Source: Eledone cirrhosa
Lineage: Eukaryota
Length of the DNA: 64,000 nt
Direction of reading: 5' to 3'
NCBI GenBank assembly: GCA_964016885.1
Contig: OZ024750.1
Location: 52,948,001-53,012,000, forward strand
Numbering within the stretch: the first letter of the stretch is position 1; every line of letters begins with the position of its first letter. The notes below the pieces were generated by a model. It saw nothing but the letters and a program-made list of their open reading frames with translations, did not search any database and was not told where the DNA came from. The position numbers and the translations under genes were made by a program. This document shows positions 25,915 to 39,004 of the stretch, piece by piece.

Positions 25915-26564
25915 AGGGAGAAATTAGGAATAAGAGGGATCAGATGTTGTTTACTTGAGAGAAGACTACATTGGTACGGTCACGTGATGCACATGAAAGA
26001 CGACAGCTGTATAAAAAAGTGCAGGGCGATAAAAATAGACGGTAGCCACGGAGTAGGTAGACCCAGAAAAACCTGGGACGACTTGATAAATTCCGACCTC
26101 ACACACTTACACCTCTCCAAGACAATGTCACTGGACCGAGATCTTTGGCGCTACACAGTTATACAGAAGACCCGCCTTGCCTAAGTACAAAGCGAAACTT
26201 ACAGTCAGTAGGCACCTCTAACAAAATACACCCCCGTCCCACTACCCCCACCCCTTCCCCTTAAATGTGAAGTTATGTTGGTACCACAACATCCAGTCCG
26301 AAACAAATGAGGTCGTGTAGGTGTCACGACAAAAAAACACACAGTCCACGCTGTAATGTGGCCGTGTAGGTAACACGGTAAAAACCTCCCAGTACACACT
26401 TTAAACGTGGTTGGTGTTAGGAAGGGCATCCAGCCATAGAAAACCCGCCAGACAGTCCTATACGAGCAGGACAACAAATCTTGCCTCAAGTGGGAAAACT
26501 CCCGTCCAGACCCATGCTAGTGTGGAAAATGGACATTAAACGATGATGATGATGATGATGATGA

Positions 26565-26567
<3 letters not shown>
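25915..26567 (+). mobile_element. 5'-truncated RTE (ORF end + full 3'UTR + (GAT)n)
   Basis: ORF 25984..26184 with GRPRKTWDD; same family as 6874-11380. Confidence 0.88.
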
Positions 26568-26618
<51 letters not shown>

Positions 26619-26644
26619 ATATATGACATATATATGGCTTGGGT

Positions 26645-26988
26645 GGAGGCACAGGTCTTAGTGGTTAGAGCATTGGCCTTGCAATCGAAAGGTTGTGAGT
26701 TCAATTCTCAGACCGGGTGATGTGTTTTTCCTTGAGCAAGACACTTTATTTCACATTACTCCAGTTTACTCAGCTGTAGAAATGAGATGATAGGGACTGG
26801 GGTCCCTATCATTCCACTGCAAAGTGACCATGGAGGTGCCACGGCAAAAAAGCATGGAGCACTCACTGTAAATGAGGTTGGTGTTAGGAAGGGCATCCAG
26901 CTGTAGAAATCATGCCAGAATCAGTTCCCGTCCCACCCTTGTAAGCAGGGAAAAGTGGACGTAAAATGAAATGAAAAATGATGATGAT
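26645..26988 (+). mobile_element. tRNA-derived SINE with RTE-type tail
   Basis: A box-like TAGTGGTTAGAGC, B box GAGTTCAATTC, a body, then the GGTGTTAGGAAGGGCATCC tail and (GAT)n. Confidence 0.85.
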
Positions 26989-27044
26989 ATATATATATAT
27001 ATTTATATATATATATACATACATATATATATATATATATACAT

Positions 27045-27117
<73 letters not shown>

Positions 27118-27140
27118 CATACATACATACATATATACAT

Positions 27141-27175
<35 letters not shown>

Positions 27176-27178
27176 CAT

Positions 27179-27276
<98 letters not shown>

Positions 27277-28244
27277 TACATAGATAACAAGTCCAACCTC
27301 TACTAGAAGGTAAATGACGATATATGTATAGAGGCACATACACAAGACTGAAAATAATGCATTAGTTTTGGTTGGAAAGTAAAAGATGCAGAATAAATTT
27401 ATTAGAAGCTGCTGTATCAGTAAAACCTAAAACTATATGAAACAGCATGGAAACTGTTGAACGGTTACCTCAAATGAAATTCCATTAGCCAGTGAGCCAT
27501 AAAAGATGTTGAGTCATTGGAATAAACACAGCCAGCGCTAAGCTCCTTAACTGAATCCCCTGATGAAAGCTGTGATTAATCTCCTCAAACTTGCCAATGT
27601 ATTGAGAAGTGATGTACTGTAGAAGGAATGTCTACCAAACTCAATACGAAACTAAAGAACAACTAGTTGAGACTTTAACATCAACTGATAAACTACCAGA
27701 GTTTTTACTAATAACACCATCTAGCACATTAGAAAGACATTCTTTAAAAACACCAAACAGCACTGTTGTTGCATTGCATAAGAGATTAAAGTCTTTACTT
27801 TAGTTTACAGTAATTTTTTTACAAGCTGTCCAGTATTAAAGGTACTATAAATATATGAATTAACAAACCACATGAAACCACATTAGAAGACATTGTTGAA
27901 AACTTTAAACAGCACTATGACTGCATCACATGAAAAATGAAAGTTTTATTTTAATTTACAGCAACATTTTACAACAACTTGTCTACTAGTAAAGATACTA
28001 TAAATATTTGAATATTTATGATGGCTGCAAACTCGTGTTCAAGCATTGCCATCACCTGATAAAATGCTCAAAAATGTGAGGCACGAATGTGGCTCTTTAA
28101 AACAACCAAAGACTTGCACCCTCTGGCACATACATGGCAACTGCAGGCTCTTCTGGGACTTTCCACTGCTTTGTTCTGGCTGCGTGTTCTCATGTGTCTT
28201 TTAAGACCTCCCATGCTAGCACATTCCTTACACCTTTTCAGATT

Positions 28245-30070
28245 CTAATCTACATGGGGTGTACTGATATGACTTTGTTCGTGTCTAGTCAAACCAGCTT
28301 TACTCATGCAGACTCGACCATAGTGCTGGCAAACCAGATGTTGTTCAACAGCAGGCACTTCAGAACAGTCCCTTTTCCTCACCTTCCTTTTCAATGTTAG
28401 GTGTTCTCTCCGACGGGTTTCAAAGTGTTCACTACCTGACTTGATCAAATGTCTCCTCTTCACACGCTCCTCAGCCATTTTCTCCCATTCGTCAGATGAA
28501 ATTCCAGCGCAACCCAAGGTGCCCCTGACACAGTCCCGGTACCACATTTTTGGTTTGTGTGGTGGTCGCCTTCCATTGCACATTTCACTGTAGAGAAGTT
28601 GCTTTGGAATACGATCATCAGACATCCGGACCACGTGACTGCACCACCTCAACCGATGCCGAAAGATCATTTTCTCTATTCTCCTACACCTGTTCTGTTC
28701 GAAAACTTCCAAATCACTGATTTGCACCCCAAGTAACTTACAAAGAGATTGTTAGTGAAACCTCTCCAGTTCCTTGAGGTACTTTCTGTATGTGACCCAC
28801 GTTTCACTAGCATAAAACAAAGAGGAGACGACACAAATAAGATACACTTTTACCTTGGTTTCAATGGTGATACCTCGCCTGGACAATAAACGTTCATTCA
28901 GCTGTCCAAAAGCATCACTGGCTTTCTTGATTCTTAAGGATATTTCATCATCAAGTGTGCATGATATGTTCAACGTACTACCAAAGTAAACAAACTTATC
29001 AGCAACTTTTAGCCTCTTTCCTTACATGTACACACTTGGTGTAGTATATTCTTTCCCAGGTGTTGGCTAGTACATACCAATCATCTTGTCCAAGCCTATT
29101 GTGAGGCCCAAAGCACTGCAAGCTTTAGAAAAACAGTTCATAATATGCTGCATGTCACTTTAAGGAAAAAGATCGCAGTCTTTTATATACAAAAAAAAAA
29201 CAAAAAAAACTCTTGGATTATAGATGTTAATACCTTCATGCTTGCACCAAAGCGCCTGATGTTGAACAACCTTCCTGAAGTGTGATACCTGATGTAAACT
29301 CCATACAAACAATTTTTTCTGAATGCCTTGAGAAACACTATCATCATCATCATCACTGCTTTTCCCTGCTTGCAAGGGTGGGACGGGAACTGATTCTGGC
29401 TTGATTTCTACAGCTGGATGCCCTTCCTAACACCAACCTCATTTACAGTGAGTGCTGGGTGCTTTTCTTTTTGCCGTGGCACCTCCACGACCACTTTGCA
29501 GTGGAATGATAGGGATCCCAGTCCCTATCATCTCATTTCTACAGCTGAGTAAACTGGAGCAATGTGAAATAAAGTGTCTTGCTCAAAGAAACAACACATC
29601 ACCCAGTCTGAGAATTGAACTCACAACCTTTCGATTGCAAGGCCAATGCTCTAACCATTAAGCCATGTGCCTCCATAAAATATAAAGAAAACAGAGTTGG
29701 AGCCGGAATGTCCCCCTGCGTCATTCCATTTTAAACTTATATTGGTTCAGAGATGCTACCACCAATACTGATCCAAGCCTTCATGTCATCATGATAAAGT
29801 CAGAATTTTCACAAACTTTGGAGGGCAGCCAAGTTTTTCCAAAATTTTCCACAACGCAGTTCGATTGACAGTCTCAAAGGCCTTTACCAAGTGAACAAAG
29901 ACTTGGTAAAGGTCCATACATTGCTCCATACAATTTTCTTGCAGAAAAGATCATATCCATTGTTCCTCTTTCGTTTCTGAATCCACACTGCGACTCAGGC
30001 AACACATTCAAAGCAACCTTTGAGATCAATCTATCCATCAAAATTCGACGCCTGACTTTACCAACTACTG
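28245..30070 (-). mobile_element. Degenerate BovB-like RTE LINE, interrupted by a SINE
   Basis: ORFs with LPESQCGFR..GTMDMIF, LFYASETW, HRLRWCSHVVRM...RIPKQLLYSE and a degenerate C-terminal C2H2-like motif. Confidence 0.85.
29340..29674 (-). mobile_element. tRNA-derived SINE, near-identical to 26645-26988
   Basis: Reverse-complement match along the full length. Confidence 0.85.
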
Positions 30071-30109
<39 letters not shown>

Positions 30110-30112
<3 letters not shown>

Positions 30113-30461
30113 TCATCATCATCATCATTGTTTAACGCCATGTTCCACGCTTGCATGGGTTTGGACGGGAGTTTTCCCACTTGAGGCAAGAGTGGTTGTC
30201 ATTGCTCGCATAGGACTGTCTGGCGGGTTTTCTACAGCTGGATGCCCTTCCTAACACCAACCACATTTACAGTGTGGGGCTGGGAGGTTTTTACCATGTT
30301 GCCTACACGGCCACATTACAGCGTGGACTGTGTGTTTTTTTGTCGTGACACCAACACGATCTCATTTGTTTCGGCCTGGATGTTGTGACACCAACATAAC
30401 TTTACATTGAAAGGGGCGGTGTGGATGGGGTGGGGTGGTGGGACGGGGGTGTATTTTGTTA
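30110..30461 (-). mobile_element. RTE 3'UTR fragment
   Basis: Reverse complement of about 26220-26567. Confidence 0.8.
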
Positions 30462-30500
30462 TATATATATATACACATACATACATACACATACATATTA

Positions 30501-31567
30501 TACTGTATTTTCTCTTGTATGATAAGAAATATTAAACTAAATCTAAGGGCAAAAAAGGTGGGGGTCATTTTATTCCTGGGTACAAGTTTTCAGAAATGTT
30601 TACTGAACTTAAAAATACACATTTCAATTGACCAAGATTGCAAATCCACATTGATAACAATCATTTACAAATGTTTTGAATATATTGGCAACATTTGTTA
30701 TTTGGAAATCAGCATAATTTAACATTGTTTGTTCCAAAGACTGGAGACTGATAAAATAAAATAAATTAATAAAGAGACTTACATAAGAGTTGTCATATTC
30801 TGATCACATCATTGTGGTAATTGAGGCCTAACTATTGTTAAAATATATACTGTTTCTGGCTTGAATAATAGGGTGCTATTTCTAGTTGTTGATAATGTGA
30901 TGAAGATGTTTGCTAACCCTTTGTTGACACACAATGAATGCATGCATGGTCCTGTAATTCCTGGGGAAGTTGTAGGGGTGCCATAATGACTTACAGCGTT
31001 TCTAGGGCATTTTAAAACTTGGTGGAGCCCTCCTCGTCATGTCTGAATACAACAGATTTCTTCCAGAGAGAAAGAGAAAGGAAGTGAGAAAGAGATATAG
31101 AGGAAGGATCAACCCCAGTACTAGACTGGTACTTTTTATTGACCTTAAAAGGATGAAAGATAAAGTTGATCTCAGTGGGATTTGAACTGAGAGATAAGAG
31201 AGCTGGAACAAATACAGCAAATCATTCTATTTGGCATTCTAATGACTCTGCCACCGCCTTCTCACACACAATACTCAATATAAAAACTACAATAGATTAT
31301 CTGAGAAAAACAATAGAAATTAGATAAGCCTGTTCCTCTTTAAAATGCTGAACATCTGCTTCTTGTACATTTTTAAACATCACAACAAACTGAATATTGT
31401 TGTGACATCAAGATTTTGATGGATAACATGGCACCACTGTACATTAACAGAGACATGACTGTACTCTGGGGTCGTATAATACACAACAAAGTATTTTATT
31501 CCTGTTTTGTTTTGTATTTTTTTAACTCCAGAAACAGGAGTGGTATTATACACAAAGAAATATGGTA
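30501..31567. mobile_element. Old pogo/Tigger-like non-autonomous DNA transposon remnant, with a SINE inserted at about 31080-31260
   Basis: Ends TACTGTATTTTCTCTTGTATGAT and revcomp TACCATATTTCTTTGTGTATAAT can both be derived from TACCGTATTT.. by CpG decay. Subterminal GGGGTC(G/A)T..TA motifs at both ends. Confidence 0.45.
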
Positions 31568-31844
31568 GTTTACTTTACATGAGAACTATGAAGAAAATAT
31601 TTCACTTGAGTCAAGGAAATATAATTAGTCAAAAGATTTACAAAAGAGGATTAAAAATAAAAAAAAATATTTATGATTCTGTGCTAATTATATGATAATT
31701 TAAAAAAAAATTATATTCATTTATATACGAGGGTCAGCTGAAAAGTTCATAAGCTCACTATGAAGGAGTGATGCTAGATTTCAACTCTTATTAACAACTG
31801 CTCTGTTTCTTTCCAGGGACTATGATGAGAAATAAAGCTCATTT

Positions 31845-32776
31845 GGTTATGGCGGTGATGGTGGTGATGATGGTGGTGATGGTGGTGGTGTTGGTGGTGG
31901 TGATGGTGCTGGTAGTGGTGGTGGTGATGGTGCTGGTGATGGTGCTGGTAGTGGTAGTGGTGATGGTGGTTGTGATGGTGGTTGTGATGGTGGTGGAGAT
32001 GGTGGTTGTGATGGTGATAGTGGTGGTGGTGATGGTGGTGGTGGTGGTGGTGGTGGTGATGGTGCTGGTAGTGGTGGTGGTGATGGTGCTGGTGATGGTG
32101 CTGGTAGTGGTAGTGGTGATGGTGGTTGTGATGGTGGTTGTGATGGTGGTGGAGATGGTGGTTGTGATGGTGATAGTGGTGGTGGTGATGGTGGTGGTGG
32201 TGGTGGTGATGGTGGTTGTGATGGTGGTTGTGATGGCGGTGGAGATGGTGGTTGTAGTGGTGATAGTGGTGGTGGTGATGGTGGTGGTGGTGGTGATGGT
32301 GGTTGTGATGGTGGTGATGGTGGTTGTGATGGTGGTTGTGATGGTGATAGTGGTGGTGGTGATGGTGGTGGTGGTGATGGTGATGGTGGTGGTGATGGTG
32401 GTGATGTTGATGGTGGTGATGGTGGTGGTGGTGATGGTGTTGGTGGTGATGGTGATAGTGGTGGTGGTTGTGATGGTGGTGGTGGTGGTGGTGATGTTGA
32501 TGGTGGTGGTGGTGATGTTGATGGTGGTGGTGGTCGTGGTGATAGTGGTGGTGATGTTGATGGTAGTGGTGGTGGTGATGGTGATAGGGGTGGTGGTGGT
32601 TGTGATGGTGGTGGTGGTGATGTTGGTGGTGGTGGTGGTGATGGTGATGTTGATGGTGGTGGTGGTGGTGATGGTGATAGGGGTGGTGGTGGTTGTGATG
32701 GTGGTGATGTTGATGGTGGTGGTGGTGGTGATGGTGATGGTGGTGATGGTGGTGATGTTGATGGTGGTGGTGGTGA
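31845..32776. repeat. (GGT/GAT)n degenerate trinucleotide repeat
   Basis: Directly visible; source of the poly-V/M pseudo-ORF. Confidence 0.95.
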
Positions 32777-33387
32777 CTACAACAGAAGTAGTGTATATTA
32801 CATCATGTGTACCACTGTGTATGTTTATGCATGTTTGTATGGGTGTGAGAATATGTTTGTGCCTCTTTATGATTGTGTGTGTATGTGTGCGTGTGTGTGT
32901 GTATGCACATACAGCATCACCATTTAATCCCTATTGTCCATGGGTTACACAGGTTATCATGTTATGATACAAGCTAGATCAGGTGACCCTGTCTTGGTTT
33001 CTTCAGGTGGATGTCCTTCCTAATGCCAACCATCTAACAGGGTAGACTGGGTGCATTTTGTTGTTGTGGCACCAGGACTATTACCGTACAGAGTGGACTG
33101 GGTGGTTTTTGTCATGATACCAGCACTGTTGGGATGTCTAGCTTTCCATGCATAGATGTATCATTTTGATAAGAGACATGTATCAGGAGTGTGGAAGGTA
33201 GGGTTAAGGGCTAGAATACATCCTTATCATTGTTAAAAATCTATTTCCCACATGGGTCAGGTGGGTTATAATGTTACAAGACTTGGCAGAACAGGAAACC
33301 GCATCTAGTTTATATAGTCTGTTTTTGTTTTGGAAAAGCCTCCCTCATCAGATGTCTTGTCAAACCCTAACCAAGCATTTTATATAT

Positions 33388-35150
33388 CTTCTTCTTCTTT
33401 GCCCTCTTATTCCTGAGAGGGTCATCAGAGGGCAGAGTCCTCAAACACTCCTTCCAGCAGGTCATGTCAGAAGCAAGCATCTCCAACTGATCCAGCTGGA
33501 TCCCCAAGCGTGACCAGCCAAGCTCATGGATGTTATCCAACCATCTTGCTCAGGGTCTACCTCTGGATCTCCTGCTGGTTGGTTTTTGTTTGTAACATCT
33601 GTCCAGCGAATCATGCCCATAGTATCAGAGCTGTGATCTCTCAACTCGGAGAAGTAGCACCTCTACCTGGAGTGACTCTAATTTCCAAACTATGCACTTT
33701 ATCAAGTAATGTTACTGCAATGACTCATTGAAGGAATCCCATTTAGGCTGCTTGTATTTGCGATAATCCTTTGGTCATTAGCCAAGATTCATGACCATAG
33801 GTGAGGGTTAGCATGAATACCAAATTGATGATAGTGAGTTTGGCTTTTATACCTACCTGTCTTCTGATTACCAAATGTTGAAGATGGCACATTACTGCAC
33901 CAGCTCCTGCAATTCTTGCCCCTAATTCAGCCTCTTGCCTTCCATCACTTGTGAACACAGTCTCAAGATACTTTAACTTCTCCACCTGCTTCAGTGTAAC
34001 TCCATTCCCATGTAGAATGCACTGCGAAGGCTTCCTTGAGAGGACGAGTGTCTCAGTTTTCACAGCACTGATTTCATTCCAGCCATGCAGCACTCAGCAT
34101 CAAACCTATCAGGTTCAAGTCGAAGATCATCTTCTGTTGAGTTAAGTAATACCATGTCGTCTGCAAATTTCAGCTGACCAACCTAGCAGCTGCATGTCAA
34201 TCCTCTTCATGTAAATAAGGAATAGGATAGATTACAGTTTGCCAGAACACTTTATTTGCTGATCTGAAGTCAGATTCCAACTTAACCTCAAAGTCCTCCC
34301 ATGGCTTAACTTTGGATACTTTTAATGTCTCTGCTGTGCTTTTTCATGTCAGCTTCTACCACAAGTGCAAGAAGGACTTATTTCCTAGCCAAGCTTTGTA
34401 AGACTCCTACTTTGCTCGGATGGCATCTTTGACATCTTAATTGATCGAAGGGGTCCTCCTGCCATCTGGCACCACACCAAGCCTCTTTCACCTGCAGCAT
34501 GTAACAGTTAAAGCAGAAACTGCTGTACTGAACAATCTCCATTCTGTCTCAACGTCCTCAGTTTACTCAGGGAGTTCTCTAAATCTGGATGCAATAGCAT
34601 CTGCATACCTGGTCCTAACTTCCGCCATACCTAGTCTTTATCCTGAAGGTCGCTCTGGATTTGCCACTTTTGTGGGCTTCTTTAGCTTTAGGTAGTCTCA
34701 AGTTGCAAATAACAAGATGGTGATCAGTTGACAGCTCAGCCTCTCTCTTAACATCCATCAAAGAATCAAAGACAATAATAAAATCAATTATTGATCTCTG
34801 TCCCTGATTCCCCTTATACCATGTATATTAATGGATGTCTCTATGCTGGAAGGTGTTTATAACAGAGAATCCAGTGGTAGAACAGAAGTCTAGTAAGGCC
34901 TCTCCATTCATATTTAGATCAGGGTTGCCATTCCCTCCTTTCCATGTCAGGTGGTCAGTACCAACATGTGCATTAAAGTCTCCCATCAGGATATATGACT
35001 CAGTCTTAACTCTACAGTGACTTTATCAAGGAAGGACTCTTTGTTTGGTACATAAACTAGCACCACCCACAGACCTATCTTTCAGCCTAAGCTTCAAGAG
35101 GCAAATCCTCCCTCCTAATAGGAACAGGTGCATACTAGGGAATGCTGGTG
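33388..35150 (-). mobile_element. Degenerate RTE (Expander/Rex3-like) with a (GAA)n tail
   Basis: ORF 33743..34093 has KTETLV, LKQVEKLKYL and LTYGHESW. FADD and GDFNAHVG remnants are present; CTTCTT tail at 33388. Confidence 0.75.
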
Positions 35151-35349
35151 TTTCCTTCTAAATGTGTTTTAGGCAAGCTACCATACTCACAGTATTACAA
35201 TAGGTGATAGCGAGACTAAGGCACTGTAACAGCCAAACACACACACGAGCATAACCTGATACTTCAGTAAGCCGTCACTGATGACAAATGTTGTTTTCAG
35301 CGCCTACCCCCCACTTCTACCGAATGTCTCGAATGCCACAGACTAAATA

Positions 35350-36250
35350 ATGTAGTTTAGCGATTTAGAAATTATCATAAAGACTACGTCGTATTTAGTT
35401 ACGTTCCTTTATGTTCTGAGTTCAAATCTAACCGTGTGACACACGAAACGATTTCAACCTAGAGTAGAAACTAGACATATGACGACTAAAATGCGGGCGT
35501 GTATGCTAAAATGTACGATCGTTATATATTCGGCGGGTTACCAGCATCAATCTCGCCGGTCTCAGGTCTGTAAAGGCCATGAACACAGACACTGTTTGTG
35601 TAAGGAATTAGTATTATTGCAGTACCGAGGTTTATTTAATCGTATACACTAAACTTTCTCGTCTTGTACCTATATAAGAAACGATTATTGTTTAAGCAAA
35701 GTATCTTTGTATGCATCCATTTACGTTTTGAGTTCAAATCCCGCCAGAGTTGACTTTCAATCCCTCTGGAGACAATAAAATATAAACCTGTCATGTGCGA
35801 TGTCGACTGCAATATACAACATCCTTATCACTTGGGCGAAAGTTTGACATCATCATCACCATAAAGTATTAATTGATTAGTAGAATATTTACGGCGTCCG
35901 ACAAAATGTTTTGCAACATTTGTTCCGTGCCTTTACGTTCTGAATTCAAATCCCACTGAGGTCAACTTTGCTTTTCATCCGTCTGGGAGTCGATAAACTA
36001 TCAGTCAAATAATAAAGTCGATACAATCGACTTTACACCCTATTCCCCAAAGTGCTAGCCTTATAAACCATGGATTGGCAGTATCGGTAGAGGGTCGGAC
36101 GCCATGCTTTCCAGCATAGTTACGTCCCTTTATGATCTGAGTTCAAATCCCGCCGAGGTTAACTTTGCCTTTCATCCTTACGGGGTCGATAAAATAAAGT
36201 ACCAGTAATACACTGATTTATGGCTGGCCTTGTGCCAAAAGTAGAAACAA
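35350..36250 (+). mobile_element. Cluster of about 4 same-orientation tRNA-derived SINE copies or fragments
   Basis: Repeated ..(C/T)TGA(G/A)TTCAAATC.. B-box cores near 35415, 35730, 35940 and 36140, followed by AACTTTGC.TTTCATCC..GTCGATAAA in the best copies. Confidence 0.7.
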
Positions 36251-36429
36251 TTATTACAATTTCTTTCTAATTCTAACGTCCACACATACGTTGATGGGTT
36301 TAAAAGCCACCTCCTAGTGTTTGGTATATGGAAGAATAGAAGTACGGTTCACACCGTTACCTTAAATTACAACTGCTGTTGCCTCACTTCATTCAGTAGA
36401 TATTTTTACACTCAAAACATCGGCTTCCA

Positions 36430-36982
36430 GAGAGAGAGAGATGGTGATAGAGTGAGAGAGAGATGGTGATGGAGTGAAAGAGAGAGAGAGAGATAGTGAT
36501 GGAGTGAGAGAGAGAGAGATGGTGATGGAGTGAGAGAGAGAGAGAGAGAGAAATGGTGATGGAGTGACAGAGAGAGAGAGAGAGAAATGGTGATGGAGTG
36601 ACAGAGAGAGATAGTGATGGAGTGAGAGAGAGAGTGAGAGATGGTGATGGAGTGAGAGAGAGATGGTGATGGAGTGAGAGAGTGGGAAATGGTGATGGAG
36701 TGACAGAGAGAGAGAGAGATAGTGATAGAGAGAGAGATGGTGATGGAGTGAGAGAGAGATGGTGATGGAGTGAAAGAGAGAGAGAGAGAGAGAGATAGTG
36801 ATGGAGTGAGAGAGAGAGAGAGATGGTGATGGAGTGAGAGAGAGAAATGGTGATGGAGTGACAGAGAGAGACAGTGATGGAGTGAGAGAGAGAGTGAGAG
36901 ATGGTGATGGAGTGAGAGAGTGGGAAATGGTGATGGAGTGACAGAGAGAGAGAGAGAGAGATAGTGATGGAGTGAGAGAGAG
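36430..36982. repeat. GA-rich minisatellite (ATGGTGATGGAGTG(AG)n)
   Basis: Directly visible. Confidence 0.9.
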
Positions 36983-38143
36983 ACTAGTTGATGGAAGTAC
37001 AACAGTTAACATTCATGTATATATATATATAGTTATACACCTGCCATCTCTCTCTCCTCCTTTTCATTCTACAGCGACTATTTCTTCAAGAATTTTGCAC
37101 ACGACTCTGTTTTCATGCTCTAGCGCTAACCTAGCGATGATCAGAAGTACTTGACTTATTCCTTAGCCCACTCACCCTACTTCTTCGCTTTTTAACTCAA
37201 AACAGGCTAGAATCATGATCGTTCTTAGACATTAATGACAGGTTATTGCCGTGAAACATTGAAAACATTAAAAGATATAAAGTAATAATGGTTTTCTACT
37301 AAGTTTAAAAAATATATATATTTTAAATATTAATTAATTTATATAAATATTTATTTAATAGTCGCAGTAATTAATTATATGTAGATGAAGTGAAAACGTT
37401 TACAAGAGTAAATAAAATTAAAAAACGTATTATTTTAATGTATATACATAAATACACACACACATATATATATATATATAATATTGTAAATTTATATTAA
37501 TAAGAAACAAACCCATTCAACAAGAAATTTACTGTTAAAAATGTGAATGTAGTTTTAAGCAATTATGGTCTTTCATAGTTTTCCCGATTCCAAAGCGCGG
37601 TTTTGAATGAGAGAGAAAGATATATTAAGCGGCAGAGAAGGAAGGAAAGAGAAAGTTAAGACAGAGAGAGAAAAGATATATACAGAGAGTAAAAGAGAGA
37701 AACATATATAATGAGCATGTCAGAAAGAGAAATATAGAGTGAGAGAGAGAGAGAGGAAGAGATAAATATAAAGAGGGAAAGAGAAATATATACATGTATT
37801 TATATCGCCGAATATTTTAATAATATTCGGTACTGAGATTCGGAAATGTCTTTTAATGTGTTAAAAATAGTGGCAAATTTTTAAAAACTTTAAAGTATTC
37901 TTCAGCAATTAATTTTGCAGCTGTCAGCCTCCTCCTTCGACCTGCTCATCAATTAAACATCGTCCTGGTTTGATCTCAGAATCAACGGACTTCCAATTAA
38001 GTATTCGGCAGCTGTGACGGAAACTACCGAATGTAGCCGAAGTGTGTGTTGGTATAATGGCTGACAGTGGACTGTACTCACGGACTACTACAGTGATGTA
38101 CAGGGAGTTCAAGTTTTCTTGATAGAATATGGAAATGTGAGCC

Positions 38144-38210
38144 ATGAGCTCGTGTGAACAAACGGAAGATAATATATGTGATAGTGAGGTGGCTCATTAT
38201 TACAAGCCAG
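38144..38210 (+). CDS. Candidate first coding exon (MSSCEQTEDNICDSEVAHYYKP..), product unknown
   Basis: Non-repetitive, CpG-retaining island 37920-38280; GCCATG start; open to a CAG|GTAATT donor at 38210/38211. No homology recognised. Confidence 0.35.
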
Positions 38211-38832
38211 GTAATTACTTTTCACCTTTTTCTTCGTTCTCAGCTGTAATTTTTTTCGTCCGTCGAGATTGCGAGACAGTGTAATTAGAAAGAAGAAAAC
38301 TAGCCAATGTGGCTACAACTCATCTTTTATTATATATACATTATATACATTCTCTTGCAGCAACACCAACTTTGATACTTATCAAATTTGACAAAATACC
38401 ATCTTTGCTCTATTATAAAAGCCACTATTATATTTCAATGAGGTGTGCTCGTTATTATTAGTAGTATTATTTATCATCAGTAAGCTTCTTTACCGGGATT
38501 GTATGGCTTGTCTCTGATATTTATTTTATCTGGTTAGGGGAAAAGGCAAGGAGTCTGGCTGAGGGTTGGATGATGTTGAAATGATTCATATTAAATATAT
38601 ACACACACATACTCACTCATATGTATATAATATATGTATACCTTTTAAATTAGATACACACACACATATATATAGATATACTTTTCTGGCATGTATTTCT
38701 AAATGGAGGAAGAATATATGTGTAGTATATATTGTGTGTGTTTGGGCACCTGTGTATTTGTGGATATACATATTACTAGTCGATTTATTAAATATATATG
38801 TGCGTATATATATATATATATACACACTGTCT

Positions 38833-38879
38833 ATTAGTTACCTGAAGAGCAGTAAAGGCGAAACTGAGTAGTAACTAAT
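38833..38879 (+). ncRNA. Type I hammerhead ribozyme (minimal, PLE-type)
   Basis: ATTAGTTAC CTGAAGA GC-AGTAAAG-GC GAAAC-TGA-GTA GTAACTAAT: perfect 9-bp stem I, intact core, predicted GUA cleavage after 38870. Confidence 0.85.
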
Positions 38880-38956
38880 TCTGACTATAACAAATGTTTA
38901 CACACTAATATTGTATTGAGGACTTTTTCATAGCACTTGTAAACTTATGCATATTG

Positions 38957-39004
<48 letters not shown>

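Noticed and set aside
26645-26720. tRNA gene
   Set aside because: A and B boxes are present, but no full cloverleaf was seen and the sequence continues into a SINE body and RTE tail.
27560-27600. CTGATGA matches here and at about 35278 and 18054
   Set aside because: No downstream GAAA plus NUH with pairing stems.
31726-31760. Mariner-like terminus TACGAGGGTCAGCTGAAAAGTTC
   Set aside because: No matching opposite TIR or transposase remnant found.
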